Assembly: GCA_003427395.1 (NCBI GenBank)
Contig: BFEA01000026.1
Coordinates: forward strand, 3,733,006-3,797,005
Source: Chara braunii
Taxonomy: Eukaryota > Plantae > Charophyceae
Length of the DNA: 64,000 bases
Direction of reading: 5' to 3'
Shown: positions 24,812 through 38,479 of the stretch, piece after piece
Numbering within the stretch: the stretch's first letter is position 1
Layout of the letters: the number at the start of each line of letters is the position of its first letter
Notes under the pieces: generated by a model
Seen by the model: only the letters and a program-made list of their open reading frames with translations
The model's database searches: none
What the model was told of the DNA's origin: nothing
Position numbers and translations under genes: made by a program

Positions 24812-27019
24812 ACTTTGTTCCCCCTTTGTCTATTTGCGGGGGAACGAACGGTTTGTTTTTTAAATCCTATTTTTGAGTAAGCGACCTAGGCTGGCCTGGC
24901 CTTCCACGCTGCGCTTACTGCAAGCATGACCTGCTAAATGCCACGCTGTTTGTCCCCAAAATGGGAGCACCCACGGCCGCGTTGGTAGGAAGCTCATCAC
25001 CCCCGCAGAAGGTCATGAGCCCCCTCCTTGCCATTGGACACAGGTAACCGTTAGGAGTAGTCCGATGGCTCTCCTTTGACGGGAGGGGGAAACCAGTCGG
25101 TATCCTGTTATGGGACCACAGCGCGCCGAGCCCACAGGCACTTCACGCCGAGTTGAAAAGACTGGGGATCGATCTTCAAGGGTTTCGCTCATGTCATGAC
25201 TGTTGAGATCAGGTCACGTTTTAGTAACTCCTCTACATAAATCTTTTTGAATTCTTTGAACACTGAAAAACAAATTTTGAAGGTTACTTATGCTCCTCAT
25301 TTAGAACACAGGGATCGCGGTGCATAGCAATCTTATAAAAAGAGTTGTCATGCAGTTTGTTATTAGCCAATCCGTGTGTGGTCGTGGAAGCTCTTGTTGT
25401 CTGCAAGTTGAGATAGCCATTTTGGGAGGTGAGGCACTGAGACCAAGACTGTCTGGACTCTGTTGTCTAGTGTTAAGAGCGTACTGTGTGAGTACATAGG
25501 CTACTGCCAGGCCGAGGCTACTCCAAGGTGTGTGATAATGGCGTGCTGAAGGGGGTTACAGGGCTACAAACCCGACTGCTGGAGGCTCATGACCCGCTGG
25601 GCATTAGCATCTGGGGAAGGCCCCTGGATCACTACTATTTTGAACTTCGATGGCGACGACGAAGCGACATTGCTAATTAACATTGAAGGAGGAAAAGTGG
25701 AAGAAATGAGGTCGGATCTGAAATTGCAGGCCGCTATAACAGAGGCCAAGCATAGGGCTGAGAGGAGGCTTAGACGGGACCATGTTGCCTTCAAGATCGA
25801 GGTCACTATCACCTACCACGAAACAGAGACTTCAACAGTGACCACTGAAAGGGAATAAAGAGACGCGATGACTTTGTCCTGGCATGGGCTGGAGCAGTGG
25901 CGAAGAGACCACCCTCCCATGGGGCCAAGGGAGTCGGTGGAAAATATCCCGGAGGCCAGCTCGAGGGAGCAGAAGGGCTAAGTCCGCAAAGTCAGTTGCG
26001 GACAAAAAGGGGGCGACAACTACTTTCTGGGGAGAGACCGGGTTAACGGGACACGACGGATGTTACTTACCTGGTGCATATGTCATGCGTTGGCGATCAT
26101 CTCACATCTTGCCTCCGCCATAGTCATAACATGTTCACTTGCGCATGGGACTGTTGTTATCACCATAGTTTTTCAGAACGAGCGGGCGAGGACTCTGCGC
26201 GCACTCTGCGCAATCTATGTGTGATCAGTGTAACACTGTATTAGTCATTGCATGCGATGAAAATAGTACGTGAAGAGAGACCAGTGAAAAGGTGTGCGTG
26301 AGCATGTGGTACGCACAAAAGAAAGAAGTGAGAACTCCGTGAAAGCATTACTTATAAGCTCACTGTTGATGCCAATTTTCACCCCACATTGTTTGTGTCA
26401 CTAGCTTCAGGCGTGTTGCTCATGTTATCCTTCATCTTTGATGTGTGGATAATCGAGAGGGGATGTGCGGATTACATACAACAGTACACAAGAACGGGGA
26501 AGGTTGGACTCCGTGTGTGATTATGGCTCAAGGGAAGCGTGCTTACGTTCTGAGGAAGATGTCTCGCTGTCATGATCTTCATCCTAGACAGTAAAAGAAG
26601 TTCGGAGTTGTACGGTGCGCGCACATAATTAGAATGCGGTGGGTAACATCATTACCCTGACATAGTTTTCGTCATGTGTTGTGAGTGGGAAACGTCTTGT
26701 ACGGTTACAAATGAGCAACGTGAGATATGTGTGCTGATGCTCGAAGGTCGGTTCTCTGACACTGGTTGTCAAAGAGCATGCTACTTGAGGTTGACGTCGG
26801 CTACTTTCGTTCGGCCTACGCTCCCGCTCCACTAGCTCGACCTCAGTTGTGGCGAGACAAGAGCGAGCTAACAATAGAAGTACTTTCAACATGCATTGGT
26901 GGAAGGGGAAGCCGACTTCCGTCTCTTGCAGTTCTATGAGTGAATGCTCAGTCGACCTTCCCCACAATAACTCCCTGTCTGTTGCATTGTGCACGCATCA
27001 TGGCTAGTGTCAGATAATG

Positions 27020-30000
27020 CACTTAGCAGGAGATCCGTACTCTTTTTATAACGGTCGGATTAGAAGTTATTGATGACAGCACTTGAGGAATATGATAGCC
27101 AACTCGCGGAGATATTAAACGCTCTTTGCGCGATGTTAGTAACAGGACATTGCAAAGTGAAGTCAAATTTTATGGGCATAGGCCTCGTGCATGAGCATGG
27201 TTCTAGTGTTGTTAATTGTCTTACAGACGGTCACCTGAAATTCAGTCTGATTGACTCTCTCGATTTGAAGTTTTCTTGTTGTGACCATTCTCAAGAGGTC
27301 ATGAAGCGGTTTAAACTATTATTGAAACTAGGCACATGAGTGAGAGAGTGATCAGACTGTTCATTCATATGATCATGGGGAACGGTTGTGATGTTGAATG
27401 GGCATTACAAGTCTAAGTCGGATGATGCAACGAGCAAGTGACCGGATAAGTAGAACTATCGGTCAAAAGTACTTTAGATACCAGCCTTCAGTTGTGGACC
27501 GACAGAGAGAGTCATGAAAACGTATCTTTGGTAACTGCTATGTACTTGAGTGATAACCAAATAAGTAAAGCACCGTTAAATCAACTTAAATGTGATCTTG
27601 GTCGACAATTATTCTCAATGGGCTACTTGACTTTCTTTTTGATTTTGTTCCTCGTTTGAGATGTTGATGGTGATAATGAGTTGCCCTTGATCGAGTTACT
27701 CTGATAAGGATTTTCCTACTCCTAGCCTCAAGTCAAATGTTTCACTTGTTTTGGCCATTTTTCAATGATCAACTTGACATGTCCGTGCCAACTAAAACCC
27801 GAGTCCGTAGGTCTTAAATGCTAACTTTATCAAACATGTATGAGTGTTGGTGAAAACTAAAAAGTCAAGTAAACCAATTTGGAGAGTTCATTTGAATTGA
27901 GAATAAACCTTTTCTTTTTTTATCATTTTCTAAGCCACGGTTAATGAGGCAAATTTTATGGGGATAGGCCTCGTGCGTGAGCATGGTTTTAGTGTTGTTA
28001 ATTGTCTTACAGACGGTCACCTGAAATTCAGTCTGATAGACTCTCTCGATTTGAAGTTTTCTTGTTGTGACCATTCTCAAGAGGTTGTGAAGCGGTTTAA
28101 ACTATTATTGAAACTAGGCACATGAGTGAGAGAGTGATCAGACTGTTCATTCATATGATCATGGGGAATGATTGTGATGGTGAATGGGCATTACAAGTCT
28201 AAGCTGGATGATGCAACGAGCAAGTGACCGGATAAGTAGAACTATCAGTCAAAAGTACTTCAGATACCAACCTTCAGTTGAGGACCGACAGAGAGAGTCA
28301 TGAAAACGTATCTTTGGTAACTTCTATGTACTTGAGTGATAACCAAATAAGTAAAGCACCATTAAATCAACTTAAATGTGATCTTGGTCGACAATTATTC
28401 CCAATGGGCTACTTGACTTTCTTGTTGATTTTGTTCCTCGTTTGAGACGTTGATCGTGATAATGAGTTGCCCTTGATCGAGCTACTCAGATAAGGGTTTT
28501 CCTACTCCTAGCCTCAAGTCAAATGTTTCACTCGTTTTGGTCATTTTTCAATAACCAACTTGACATGTCCCTGCCAACTAAAGCCCGAGTCCGTAGGTCT
28601 TAAATGCTGACTAAGCTGACTTGATCAAACATGTATGAGCGTTTGTGAAAACTAAAAAGTAAAGTAAACCAATTTGGAGAGTTCAGTTGAATTGAGAATA
28701 AACCTTTTTTTTTTTAATCATTTTCTAAGCCACAGTTAATGAGGCAAAAAAAATATGCTTTGAAAAATATCACCTACATACTAGCTAAGTTACCTAAGTA
28801 TTTGTTTGGATGGTGATTAATGATCGATAATTCTGATGTGCATTTTATTTGTAGTTTGTCCTAAACTATACCGTAAAGGGAAGTGAGTACGCGTGATGGT
28901 CATAAACGTGAGATCCAGAGTTGTACGTAGTACTATATTTGAGGATAGAGCTATGAGCATCGCGATCATGTAGTAATCAGGAGAACAATATTAAGGCGAG
29001 TATTTCTCATAGGGTAATTGGGACAGCCACACTCTGATCAAGGTTGTATGCTGGGCTGACAACTTTCTGTTTTCCTTATTGTCGAACTGACACAGAGCTT
29101 AATCACAACCTATTCCACTGAGATACAACTGAGTGACACTCTACATGAGACTTAGAACAGTGGTTCTCACTGTGTGCAGACTTGTTGAGAGGAGAAACCT
29201 TGNTAGTAGTACTAAGTCTATTTTGTGAACTGCGCATATCACAAAANGACTGTGCAATATAGGAGNAAAGATTGANCCTAGTAACTCNGTGTGTTGTGAG
29301 TTAACAGTGACTATGACCCACAACATCCAAAGCTACACATGAATGGTGACTGATCCCGAACACCTACAACTGTATATGATCAAAAGTTATGATTGACGAA
29401 CATTTAGCTCAACATACGAGTAAGAGTAGAGTCGAACAACATGCTGTGATGAGTGTTTACTATGCTTAGTCATGTTCGGTGTTTTACATGAGTGTAATAT
29501 ACACTCTGCGTGAAATCCATGCTTAAAAACATGCTCCATTCTGTATATGGGCGGGAAGTTGGGATTGGTGATTCCCTCGCTCTGTACATGGTAGAGTGGA
29601 TTCGGCAGCATCCTACCTTGAATGTGTACTATGCAGTGTTCTTATTTCTTTGAAAAACTGTCAACTTAGTATTTCTCGTATGAACTAGTAGAGTTAGCGG
29701 TTAGCAGCCTTTGAGCAAAGGTTCATAAATCGTTCCGAGCTGGACGAAAAAATAGAGACCCAACAACAAGCAATTTCATAACCAACCTTTTTACGGCGAC
29801 TCGGAGTGCAAAATTATATAGAAAAGAAATAATTATGTATTAGAAGGGCATCCTAAGTCTGTCTTGCACGCACTTCCGAGACAAGACAAGAGGGTAGGAA
29901 GACAAGGTCATTGAAGACATCTGGTTTTGTACGAAACAAATGAGGAAGAGGACACTTAAGTTAACCAACGAGACTGTTCACAAAGCTAGGAAGATAATTA

Positions 30001-32270
30001 ATGATCAATAACGAGATAGCGGGAAATCCATACTCTTTTTATAACGATCAGATTATAAGTTATTGATGACAGCACTTGAGGAATACGATAGCCAACTCGT
30101 GGAGATAATAAATGTTCTGTGCGCGATATTTGTAAGAGGAAAGTGCAAAATGAAGTCAAATTTTATGGGGATAGGCGTCGTGCGTGAGCATGGCTCTAGT
30201 ATTGCTAATTGTCTTATAGACTGTCACCTGAACTTCACTTTGATTGGCTCTCTCGATTTGAAGTTTTCTTGTTGTGACCATTCTCAAGAGGTCGTGAAGC
30301 AGTTTAAACTATTATTGAAACTAGACACATGAGTGAGAGAGTGATCAGACTGTTCATTCAGATAATCATGGGGAATGGTTGTGATATTGAATGAGCATTA
30401 CAAGTCTAAGCCGGATGATGCAACGAGCAAGTGACCGGATAAGCAGAACTATCATTCAAAAGTACTTCAGATACCAGCCTTCATTTGTGGACCGAGAGAG
30501 AGAGTCACGAAAACGTATCTTTGGTAACTTCTATGTACTTGAGTGATAACCCAATAAGTAAAGGACCGTTAAATGTGATCTTTGTCGACAATTATTCGCA
30601 ATGGGTTACTTGACTTTCTTGTTGATTTTGTTCCTGATCTGAAATGTTGATGGTGATAACGAGTTGCCCTTGATCGAGCTACTCGGATAAGGGTTTCCCT
30701 ATTCCTAGCCTCAAGTCAAATGTTTCACTCGTTTTAACCATTTTTCAATGACCAATTTGACCTGTCCCTGCCAACTAAAGCCCGAGTCCGTAGATCTTAA
30801 ATGCTAACTTTATCAAACATGTATGAGTGCTGGTGAAAACTAAAAAGTCAAGTAAACCAATTTGGAAAGTTCATTTATATTGAGAATAAACCTTTTTTTT
30901 TTTTATCATTTTCTAAGCCACGGTTAATGAGGCAAAAAAAATATGCCTTGAAAAAGATCACCTACATACTAGCTAAGTATTTGCTAGATGGTGGTTAATG
31001 ATCGATAATTCTGATGCGCATTTTACTTGGAGTTTGTCCTAAACTATACTATAAAGGGAAGTGAGTACGCATGATGGTCATAAACGTGAAGATCCAGGGT
31101 TGTAAATAGTACTATATTTGAGGATAGAGCTTTGAGTATCGTGATCATGTAGTAATCGGGAGAACAATATTAAGGAGAGTATTTCTTAGAGGGTAATTGG
31201 GGCAGCCACACTCTGATTAAGGTCGTATGCTGGGCTGACAATTTCTTGTTTTCCTTATTGTCGAACTGACACTGAGCTTAATCACAACCTATTCCACTGA
31301 GATACAACTGAGTGACACTCTACATGAGACTTAGAACAGTGGTTCTCACTGTGTGCAGACTTGTTGAGAGGAGAAACCTTGNTAGTAGTACTAAGTCTAT
31401 TTTGTGAACTGCGCATATCACAAAACGACTGTGCAATATAGGAGCAAAGATTGAACCTAGTAACTCAGTGTGTTGTGAGTTAACAGTGACTATGACCCAC
31501 AACATCCAAAGCTACACATGAATGGTGACTGATCTCGAACACCTACAACTGTATATGATCAAAAGTCATCATTGACGAACATTTAGCTCAACATACGAGT
31601 AAGAGTAGAGTCAATCAACATGATGTGATGAGTGTTTACTATGCTTAGTCATGTTCGGTGTTTTACATGAGTGTAATATGCACTATGCGTGAAATCCATA
31701 CATAAAAACATGTTGCATTCTGTATATGGGCGGGAAGTTGGGATTGGTGATTCCCTCGCTCTGTACATGGTAGAGTGGATTCGACAGCATCCTACCCTGA
31801 ACGTGTACTACGCAGTGTTCTTATTTCTTTGAAAGGTTGTCAACTGAGTATTTTTCGTATGAACTAGTAGAGTTAGCTGTTAGCAGCCTTTGAGCAAAGG
31901 TTCATAAACCGTTCCGAGCTGGGCGAAAAATAGAGACCCAACAACAAGCAATTTCATAACCAACCTTTTTACGGCGACTCGAAGTGCAAGATTATATCGA
32001 GAAGAGATGATTATGTATTAGAAGGGCATCCTAAGTCTGTCTTGCATGCACTTCCGAGAAGAGACAAGAGAGTGGGAAGACAAGGTCATTGAAGGCATCT
32101 GGTTCTGCACGAAACTAATGAGAAAGTGAGCACTTAAGTTAATAAAAGATCAATTTTTTATTATATATGTTATTTACTTTCATGAGTTAGATGGGAAACT
32201 ACACAACACTTCCTCATCCAACGAGACTGTTGACAAAGCTAGGAAGATAATTAATGATCAATAACGAGAT
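27020..32270 (+). repeat. Large tandem duplications: ~2.2-kb unit twice, with its first ~0.8-0.9 kb present three times
   Basis: Near-identical ORF pairs 27070-27339/30063-30332 and 29141-29326/31320-31505; 27165-27950 is repeated at 27950-28745. Confidence 0.9.
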
Positions 32271-32565
32271 AAATTGATTCATATGTTGTGTTCAAGATTT
32301 AACTTTAACGATCAACAAAGAAAAGTCGACTCGGATTTAAAGTCATGAGACAACTTCTTCTCGCCAACCGGGCAACGTCAATTGGACAAGTAGTGAGTTT
32401 TCAGTGCAATTAGGGGATAAACCTTAATTGAATATACAGTACTATCAGAATCAGAGTGGTAAAACAATGAGTGCAGCCTTATTATTTGAATCAGTCTAAC
32501 ATGTCGGAAAAGTCATTAGAAGTCAGCTATAAGTTGTTATTCACACGAGTACAGTCCAATCGTTC

Positions 32566-33126
32566 TTGGTCGAGGGGTCAGTTCTGACCAGCCTCAACCA
32601 GATTGCTCTCAAGGATGCCTTACAACATCGATATGTCAGTGCACTCGGCTTCAATCAGGTAGATCTGTCAAGCTTCGTTATTCTCACGGAGTTTTTAGAA
32701 GACACTATCAAAGATTTGATGATCTATGTGAAGAAGGGCAAAAAAACTCATAAGCACTTTGACTTAGTCTGGATCTCAGCAGCCAAATATATAGAGGAGA
32801 AAGAGCGAGAGCTAGATGAGAGTGGCGCAAAGTTGATATGTAGCTTTGGGCTCAACCTTTACACAAACTATCCCAGACCTCCAATCCCTTTTCTCCTTAC
32901 AGGTGACTCTTACTGGGGAGAACTGGTGGATCTGGCCAAGAGGTATACCTTCCCTACAAAGATTGACTACGAGGCAATGACCGAACCGTTACAGTTTCGG
33001 CATCTTAGACGAGGGATCTTCTCCACGTCATATCTTCCTACCACATTGGAGGAGTTTTGTGCTATGTTTGACTTCCGCATGTTTCGTCTTGGCTGGAAGT
33101 ATTCGGAACTTGCAAGCTTTAGGTGA
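32566..33126 (+). CDS. Orphan protein (186 aa), likely the remnant of an ORF starting at ATG 32468
   Basis: Longest ORF inside the 10-kb insertion, with globular-like composition. Two in-frame stops lie between ATG 32468 and this ORF. No recognised domain. Confidence 0.4.
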   Translation: MVEGSVLTSLNQIALKDALQHRYVSALGFNQVDLSSFVILTEFLEDTIKDLMIYVKKGKKTHKHFDLVWISAAKYIEEKERELDESGAKLICSFGLNLYTNYPRPPIPFLLTGDSYWGELVDLAKRYTFPTKIDYEAMTEPLQFRHLRRGIFSTSYLPTTLEEFCAMFDFRMFRLGWKYSELASFR

Positions 33127-33471
33127 CTCTTCATCCCTAGGCCACAATCCTAGAAAGTATGTAGAAGTGTCTCAAGGCACAAACGATGCATGGTCAAATG
33201 AGAGATTGAGCACCAAATCTGAGAGGGATAAGTGAGGACTCTTGACGAGTGTTGGCCATGTTTATTCGTCTGTACTTTCTGAGATTATTACGAGTTATCA
33301 CCTTCCCTTATTTATCTTGTATTTGCCTTGAGTCAGTGAATCCTGCTCTATTTGCATTGACTTTGCTTGAAGTTATACTTCATAGTAATCTTGTCACAAT
33401 TATCAAAATTAGTAAATTGGCAAACTTAAGACATTCTTCGCATTTTAAAAATTTATAATTATTATTTGCAT

Positions 33472-34114
33472 CTAAGCATACGTATTCCGGCGTACGCATA
33501 CGAGCCCAAAATCACGCGTACGTGTACGTAAAAAAAAAAAAAAAACCTCCAAAAAATCTGAAAAACAAAGTATGTTGTGAAGAATAATAATACAAACAAC
33601 TTTTGTCTGGGAGTCATACCTGAATTCCCTACCAATCTCGATTTCAAAATTGAAAGCCTTATAGAAACCTTTAAAAAAATAAAAATTAGAAAACAAAATA
33701 AATATTTTTTTAATTATTACTTTATTATGATAATATTAACGTTTTTTTTGTTTTTAATTTTATTCGAGTTTGGTTAGCAATTTAGGGATGATTCCCCGGC
33801 AAGTCAAAATTGTATAATGTTTCTGCATATTAACATGTATTTGTTAAAGAAGTTTGTTTTTATTTTTGCTGTTTTTTCCTTGTTTTTTTTTATTATTTTA
33901 ATTTACTTGTTCTTTGTGTCTTTGATTTTTAACTCGAGTTTAGTACAAAATTCTGAGATAAGTCTCCAACAAAAGTGGTTTGAAAAATTATTTTGCATAA
34001 CATACCTTTTTTTCCAGATTTTTCGATGATTTGTTTTTTTAATGTATTCCCACGTACGGGAATACGTGTACGTGTGTGCGCGCAACCCGAGTACACGTAC
34101 GCCGTACTACCTAG
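33472..34114. mobile_element. hAT-like non-autonomous element, 8-bp TSD
   Basis: TSD ATTTGCAT at 33464-33471 and 34115-34122; ends CTAAGCA/TACCTAG; CGTAC subterminal repeats; AT-rich core. Confidence 0.8.
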
Positions 34115-34305
34115 ATTTGCATGATCTTTGCTATTCCGAATCATAATAAAAGATTCCTAAAACTGGGGACCGACGAAGACCGCAATTGAAAGGATTCGCT
34201 CGAAGCCAGACGCATGCTACATGAAGGGATTTGCACAATTTATGTGTGATAGCCTGTTGACTTTCTGGTCGCCAGAAGTGGTCGGACTGGAAAAAAAGTG
34301 AGACA

Positions 34306-35694
34306 GCGACCCAAGAAGTTTCCATATATGTTGGTAGAATCAGACATCTTCTGGTCAAATCCTTGTTCTTCGGTATGGTATATGCATATCCATACCTTCC
34401 TTTCTCATCCCATTTTTCACTTCGGTTGAGCCTCATCTTTTAATATGTGCTCTTTGCTTTTTCAAGGATGATTGTATCTGTTTTATTCACCCACTCGTAA
34501 TGTTCAATTTCTGTGAAGAAATCGGTGTTCTTTTGCCACCAAATTGTTGCACACTCAACATATGTCTCCCCCAGATTTCGATCCAAGGCGGATAATATAT
34601 GTTGTCTCAATTGGTTCTTGACAGCATAGACTTGGGCAATATCTATCCCCATGTCATCCATAACTGCATGGTTTACATTGTGGTTGTAGGTCGGAAGCAC
34701 CATTTTTTAGAATCTCATGTGTTCGGGGATAAGTTTCATTGTGTGTTTAACTACCGATTCCATCATGCGTACTCCAACCTTATGGTTCAATTTTGGTCTG
34801 TTGTTTTCATTCCACAACAGTTCATTATATGCAATCTCACTCAGTCTACACGAGACGTGTCCGTCGATTTTGGGTCATCTAGATTCAGCACAAATATAGG
34901 ATGGGGAAACTTTCATCACTTGTCTGCGATTGTACAAGATTTATCCCACTATCCTCAACTTTTTGAACATCACCCTTGCGTGGTTGACCATGTCAGTGCC
35001 AAATTTTCTGTTCACCACATTGTCTTTGATTACAATCTGAATATATTCTCTCGTTAGCTTTAAAGTTATGCTTTTTGCATATGGAATCTTAAATATCAGT
35101 CGTTTCTTAATATTGAGTCCATATTTCTTTATGGACAATTTGGTAAACATCTCTTTGATTCAGATTCAATTTATAAAGATTTTTTCTAATCCATGGGGCC
35201 GCTTGGCAGTTAATCAACTGATTTCGTTTTCTGTTCGTACTCGGTCCCGCGGACACCAGTTTAATCACGCATAGTTGAACCCCTTTTTCCATCCAGAGCG
35301 TGCATTCACATAGCATACAGTTAACCTTCCTGATTTCCACGATAGTATAGTCGTAGGTACATTTTATAACTTTCTATTTTTCATATCATGCACCGCCAGG
35401 TCTGGTTACTATAAGGGCTTTTGGCTAAAATAGAGGGATCAACTTCATTGTAAATCCTGGACGTTGTGATTTGAATAGTATTGGTAGATGGTTAGTCTGT
35501 ACACTCATTCAGAATCTCCTCTTCGTTTGTTTTTGTCTTCTCTTTGCTTTCTTCCTTCTTATGCATTTTCCTCTTGTATTCAGATAAGGGTTCAATCTCT
35601 TGATTAAGATACTTTCCATCAAACTAACTTCCTTCTTTATACCATTCCATAAGTACATATATCCCACACTCAATTTTTTGTAACCAGCTGTAGA
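34306..35694 (-). pseudogene. PLE ORF middle part (GIY-YIG C-terminal half, linker, RT N-terminus)
   Basis: WLQKIECGIYVL, MESILIKRLNPYLN, KKYGLNIKKRLIFKIPY, PKIDGHVSCRL and YGYAYTIPKNKDLTRR.LILP; multiple stops and frameshifts. Confidence 0.8.
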
Positions 35695-38089
35695 CTACGT
35701 GTCCGATTTCGGATTCAACCCGCGTTGAATACGCGTTCAATCCCCGTTTGAACGCGCGTTAGACGGGGAAAAACGGGATCCGCAATGATTTTTTTCTCAG
35801 GCTAAACATAATCGAAAGAAAAACAATATATATATATGGGGTCGTAGATCTTTTCGAGGTCTACAACCCCATATTTTTATTTTTATTTTTTGAGTTCTTA
35901 ATATATTTTAAAAAATAAAAAACATAAGCAAAATGAAAAAAATAAAAACAAGAAATGACATGAGTCCTTTTTTTTGGGGTTTCACAGAGATTTTTTAAGG
36001 GCTGAAACAAAAACAGAAAAAACAAATAAAAAATATAGGGTTGTAGATCTTTTAAGGATGTACAACAAAATATTTGTTTTTTGTTTTTTTTTTTAATTCG
36101 TGTATTTAAAAAAAAATCAAAACCATAAACGATATTTTTTTTGGCCTTCATTGCTTAGGTAATCTTGCTGGATAGACTGCCTGATTTGGGCCTGTAGAAG
36201 ATTGCATGAGCCTGGAGGGAGATCCCACTACTGATGTATGTGGATTAGTGTTTAAGGTGTGTGACTGTCAGACATCGTGGATTTGGCAGGGAATCAGTGG
36301 TAGCCTGTTTTTGCGAATTAAGCCTGGGAAATTATGTTTTTTTTTGCTCTCCTATTCGTAGGTTTTCCTTTTGTTTTTGATGTTGGGGTCCTGTGGCTGT
36401 CCCAAACGTGCGTGAAATCACAGCCAAGTTTTTTTATTCGTGAAATCACACACGTTTCACGCACGGCGAAAGCAAAGACGAATAGCTTCATCGCTGGAAA
36501 TTGATTGTGGTTTGGGAGGTGTTTGGGAGGGTTCGATCCCCTCACCTACAGCAAATGGTGTATGGAGTTACTCTTGCACTCCTTCGCCAAAGAGAATCTC
36601 TGTCAGAACAACCGAACAGAGTGCACTGCGGCCTATTTCAAGGAAACCTCAGACTATTGTCAATGAATATGGTCCGTGTGCCCACTCACATGTAGTCGTC
36701 TTGACTGCCACAGCCATGGTCAGTGAATCATACCCTGACATCTGACACCCCGCCTAGAGCAGACACCATCTGTTAGAAGAACACTTTCCTTTCCTTTTTC
36801 GCAGTTTTTTCTTCATTTGTTTGGTCATGAAATGTTTTTTTTGCGTTTATTTTCCCTATTTCACGCTGCCACCCACCTGTCCCCCACCCGTCCCACACCC
36901 GTCACACTAATCCACATACATGGCTAGTGGGATCTCCCTCTTGGCGTCCGAAGTCCCGTACAACAAGGTCTCTGTTTTTTTTTTTTTTTTTGCCTTTCTC
37001 CTGTTTTCTCAGCCCAGAAACTCGTAATGAACCTGTCAGGCCGCTGCCACTTAGTGTCACACTGGATCGGCCACAATCCAATCCGTCTGCTAATGGGACC
37101 ATGCCCCTAGTGCTTGTCACTGCTGTCTGGTCGAAGTTACCCTCAATACGGGTAGGGTGATGGTCCTGAGTGTTGGTCACACTGAGGTAGGATAGTATGG
37201 ACAGGGGGTGTGCTGAGAGGATTAACGTGGGGATGGGTAGGGTAGGTGGCCTATCCTAACAGGATAACCATTGGCTGTTGCTACCAGCAATCACCACGGG
37301 TCTGGTCCTTGGCCTCTACAACACCCTGGGCTTTCAAAAAAAAAAAAAAAAAAAAAAAATGGATCTTCTGCTAGAACGTGGAATAATACACCGCCATATG
37401 TTTTGTCTTCTGTGCATGTGGTGAGTAGAGGACCTTCGGCCACTGCACATATTCCTAAAAAAAGAAAAACGAGAAAAACAGAAGAAAAATGAGAAAACAA
37501 AAGAAAAACGGAAAAACAAAAGAAAGAAGAGAAAAAAAAAAACGAGAAAACAGCGAATTAGTGACCCATAACTAAGTTGCACAGACTGCCACAGACCTAA
37601 ATTCGAATCTAGACTATATATTCTCGGACCACAAAGGCAGTTTCAAGTCTCTGCTCCACGGAGGGTCCTTGCTAATCCGTAGGGACCCTTCGGAAATGAG
37701 ACTGGACGACCAGATTGCAGCATTTGTAAAAAAAAAAAAAAAAAAAAAAGGATATGCACCCATATGCACACACATGTGCTCACAGTCTTGGGGTATGGGG
37801 TGACCCTTACTTTTTTCCCTCTTGCAATTTGAATTTCGGGAGGGAGGGGCATGTTTGGCCACCCCACCCTGTTAGTAGGGGTCAATTTTTTTTCTTTTCT
37901 TTTTCTTGTTTTTTGTGTTTGGGCGCGTAGGGCCACATGTCCGAGGCCCAACGCACCGGTTCCGTTTTTCAAAACTCAACGGAACACCCCCGTTTTCGCG
38001 TTGAACGCGATTTAACGGGGGCCCCCAGGCCCGTTGAACGGGTTCAACGGCGTTGAATTTCGCTCGTTCTTCGTTCATAGGATACACAG
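35695..38089. mobile_element. hAT-like non-autonomous element, 8-bp TSD, inserted in the GIY-YIG domain
   Basis: TSD GCTGTAGA at 35687-35694 and 38090-38097; TIR CTACGTGTCCGAT vs CTGTGTATCCTAT (9/13); CGTTGAA/TTCAAC subterminal repeats at both ends. Confidence 0.8.
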
Positions 38090-38479
38090 GCTGTAGAGTT
38101 TCTGTTATCTGCTTTTTCCCACTTTTCGTGCCAAGTTCCTGTGTTTCTTCCATTGCTTATCTACTTGTCGCCCGGTCCGTCCGATATACAAATGGTGGCA
38201 CCACGGTGAGATGAGCACATATACACAAGAGCATGTCGCCATCAATTGATTAATGCTATGGTGTTGCACTGCCCAGATATCTACAAAGGTCTTTGCCCAC
38301 AGAATCTCCCTTTCGGTAGCTAGAGATATAAATGTTAATCTATAGATATGATTCAGCCCATAGCACTCACTGTACTTCCCAATCCTTACTATCAGTTCAA
38401 TCTGTGTGCTTAGTCTATGTATTAACGCCCATTTCTCTCCTACTGTCAGTCCATTCCGTAGATTGGATGGTCCTACCAC
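38090..38479 (-). pseudogene. GIY-YIG endonuclease N-terminal half of the PLE
   Basis: CVYVLISPWCHHLYIGRTGRQVDKQWKKH, continuing as QKLYS|WLQK across the hAT-like insertion. Confidence 0.85.

Larger units (their letters stand above)
24307..34305. mobile_element. 10-kb TG...CA-bounded insertion (giant solo-LTR-like) with 4-bp TSD
   Basis: Ends TGTCAGAC...GTGAGACA, flanked by GCGG/GCGA. Its removal restores the RT peptide LPTYMETSWVA-SKVLSRSINLL. Confidence 0.8.

Noticed and set aside
24639-33400. Alternative insertion bounded by the 8-bp repeat GTCACAAT
   Set aside because: No TIRs or other support; the 24307-34305 boundaries are validated by frame restoration.
34306-38479. Selenocysteine-encoding PLE (in-frame UGA, as in some Naiad elements)
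   Set aside because: The stop in the GIY-YIG region is TAA, and the ORF has mixed stops and frameshifts, consistent with simple decay.
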